Source: Prorocentrum cordatum
Taxonomy: Eukaryota
Length of the DNA stretch: 64,000 nt
Assembly (NCBI GenBank): GCA_963575745.1
Contig: CAUYUJ010000026.1
Span: forward strand, 186,001-250,000
Reading direction: 5' to 3'
Part shown: positions 63,101 through 64,000 of the stretch, piece after piece
How the letters are laid out: every line of letters begins with the position of its first letter
Numbering within the stretch: the stretch's first letter is position 1
Made by a program: the position numbers and the translations under genes
The notes under the pieces: generated by a model
The model's database searches: none
Seen by the model: the letters and a program-made list of their open reading frames with translations, nothing else
Told to the model about the DNA's origin: nothing

Positions 63101-64000
63101 CACGAGCACCTCTGAGTCGAGCAGCACGACGTTGACCAGCACAACCGCGTCTAGCACTACCACGCTGACGAGTACTACAGACACTAGCAGCACGACGAGA
63201 AGTAGCACGACAAGTTCTACCGGCACCAGTAGCACAACATTGAGCAGCACCTCTGCGTCAAGCAGCACAACGTTGAGCAGCACCACGGTATCTAGCAGCA
63301 CTGGATCGAGCACCACGTCGTTGACCAGCTCCACCGAGACTAGCAGGACGGCGACAAGCACCAGCGATTCGAGCAGCACGACGCTCACCAGCACAACCCG
63401 CTCGAGCACGACAGTTTCAAGCAGCACGTCATTGACGAGCACCACCGAGACTAGCACGACGGCGACAAGCACCAGCGAGTCGAGCAGCACGACGTTGACA
63501 AGTACAACCGCGTCTAGCACCACCACGCTGACGAGCACTACAGACACAAGCAGCACGACGAGAAGCAGCACTACATCGATGACAAGCACCACCGAGACAA
63601 GTAGCACAACTGTCTCCAGCAGTACTTCGCTGTCCAGCACCAGCGAGACAAGCAGCGGGACGGAGACCAGTAGCACCACCCCGACCAGCACGACCCTCAG
63701 TAGCACCACAGAGTCCAGCACCACGTCAGCGACAAGCAGCACGACCCTGACCAGCACTACGGAGTCGAGCACCACGTCAGGGCATACCACTACCGAGACA
63801 AGCAGTACTGCGTCGAGCAGCACGACATTCAGCAGCATCACGGGATCGAGCAGCACCACGTTGACCAGCACCACCGATTCGAGTAGCACGACGTTGACCA
63901 GCACAACCGCGTCCAGCACTACCACGCTGACGAGCACTACAGACACAAGCAGCACGACGAGAAGTAGCACGAGAAGCACTACTGGTACCAGTAGCACAAC
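45161..64000 (+). CDS. Giant Ser/Thr-rich tandem-repeat (mucin-like) protein exon, more than 6,000 codons, running off the window end
   Basis: CGCAG|G acceptor at 45160. ORFs 45278-45898, 45880-53505, 53096-56758 and 56568-60899, plus the open frame from ~61050 to the end, all encode the same 11/22-aa S/T repeat. Variation is concentrated at third codon positions and indels come in whole codons. Breaks coincide with poly-T or indel-noisy patches. Confidence 0.85.

Noticed and set aside
45831..63997. Huge minus-strand Val/Leu/Asp ORFs (2552, 1063, 1484 and 988 aa) and + strand Arg/Pro ORFs
   Set aside because: Shadow frames of the Ser/Thr repeat. The splice acceptor and composition favour the + strand S/T frame.

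Overview
Repeat-rich, high-GC eukaryotic DNA, almost certainly dinoflagellate. This is inferred from a relic spliced-leader core (GCCATTTTGGCTCAAG at 18976-18991), a candidate GC-donor intron and the retroelement types; a Prorocentrum-like source is a guess. Main contents: (1) the 3' end of an RNase H-bearing non-LTR retrotransposon with a (GACACA)n tail (1-2157); (2) about 30 kb of microsatellites, minisatellites, MITE-like elements and scattered candidate exons; (3) a full-length but decayed minus-strand Copia-order LTR retrotransposon (34929-44221) with TG..CA ends, a CTTG target-site duplication (TSD), several nested small insertions and an extra region between protease and integrase that includes a methyltransferase-like motif; (4) a Ser/Thr-rich repeat coding exon of more than 18.8 kb (45161 to the window end), probably spliced to small exons at about 27.3-28.2 kb across a ~17 kb intron that contains the LTR element. 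Most ORFs in the supplied track are spurious translations of GC-rich repeats. Several frameshifts and poly-T/poly-C patches look like assembly errors. All identities and alignments were judged by eye.
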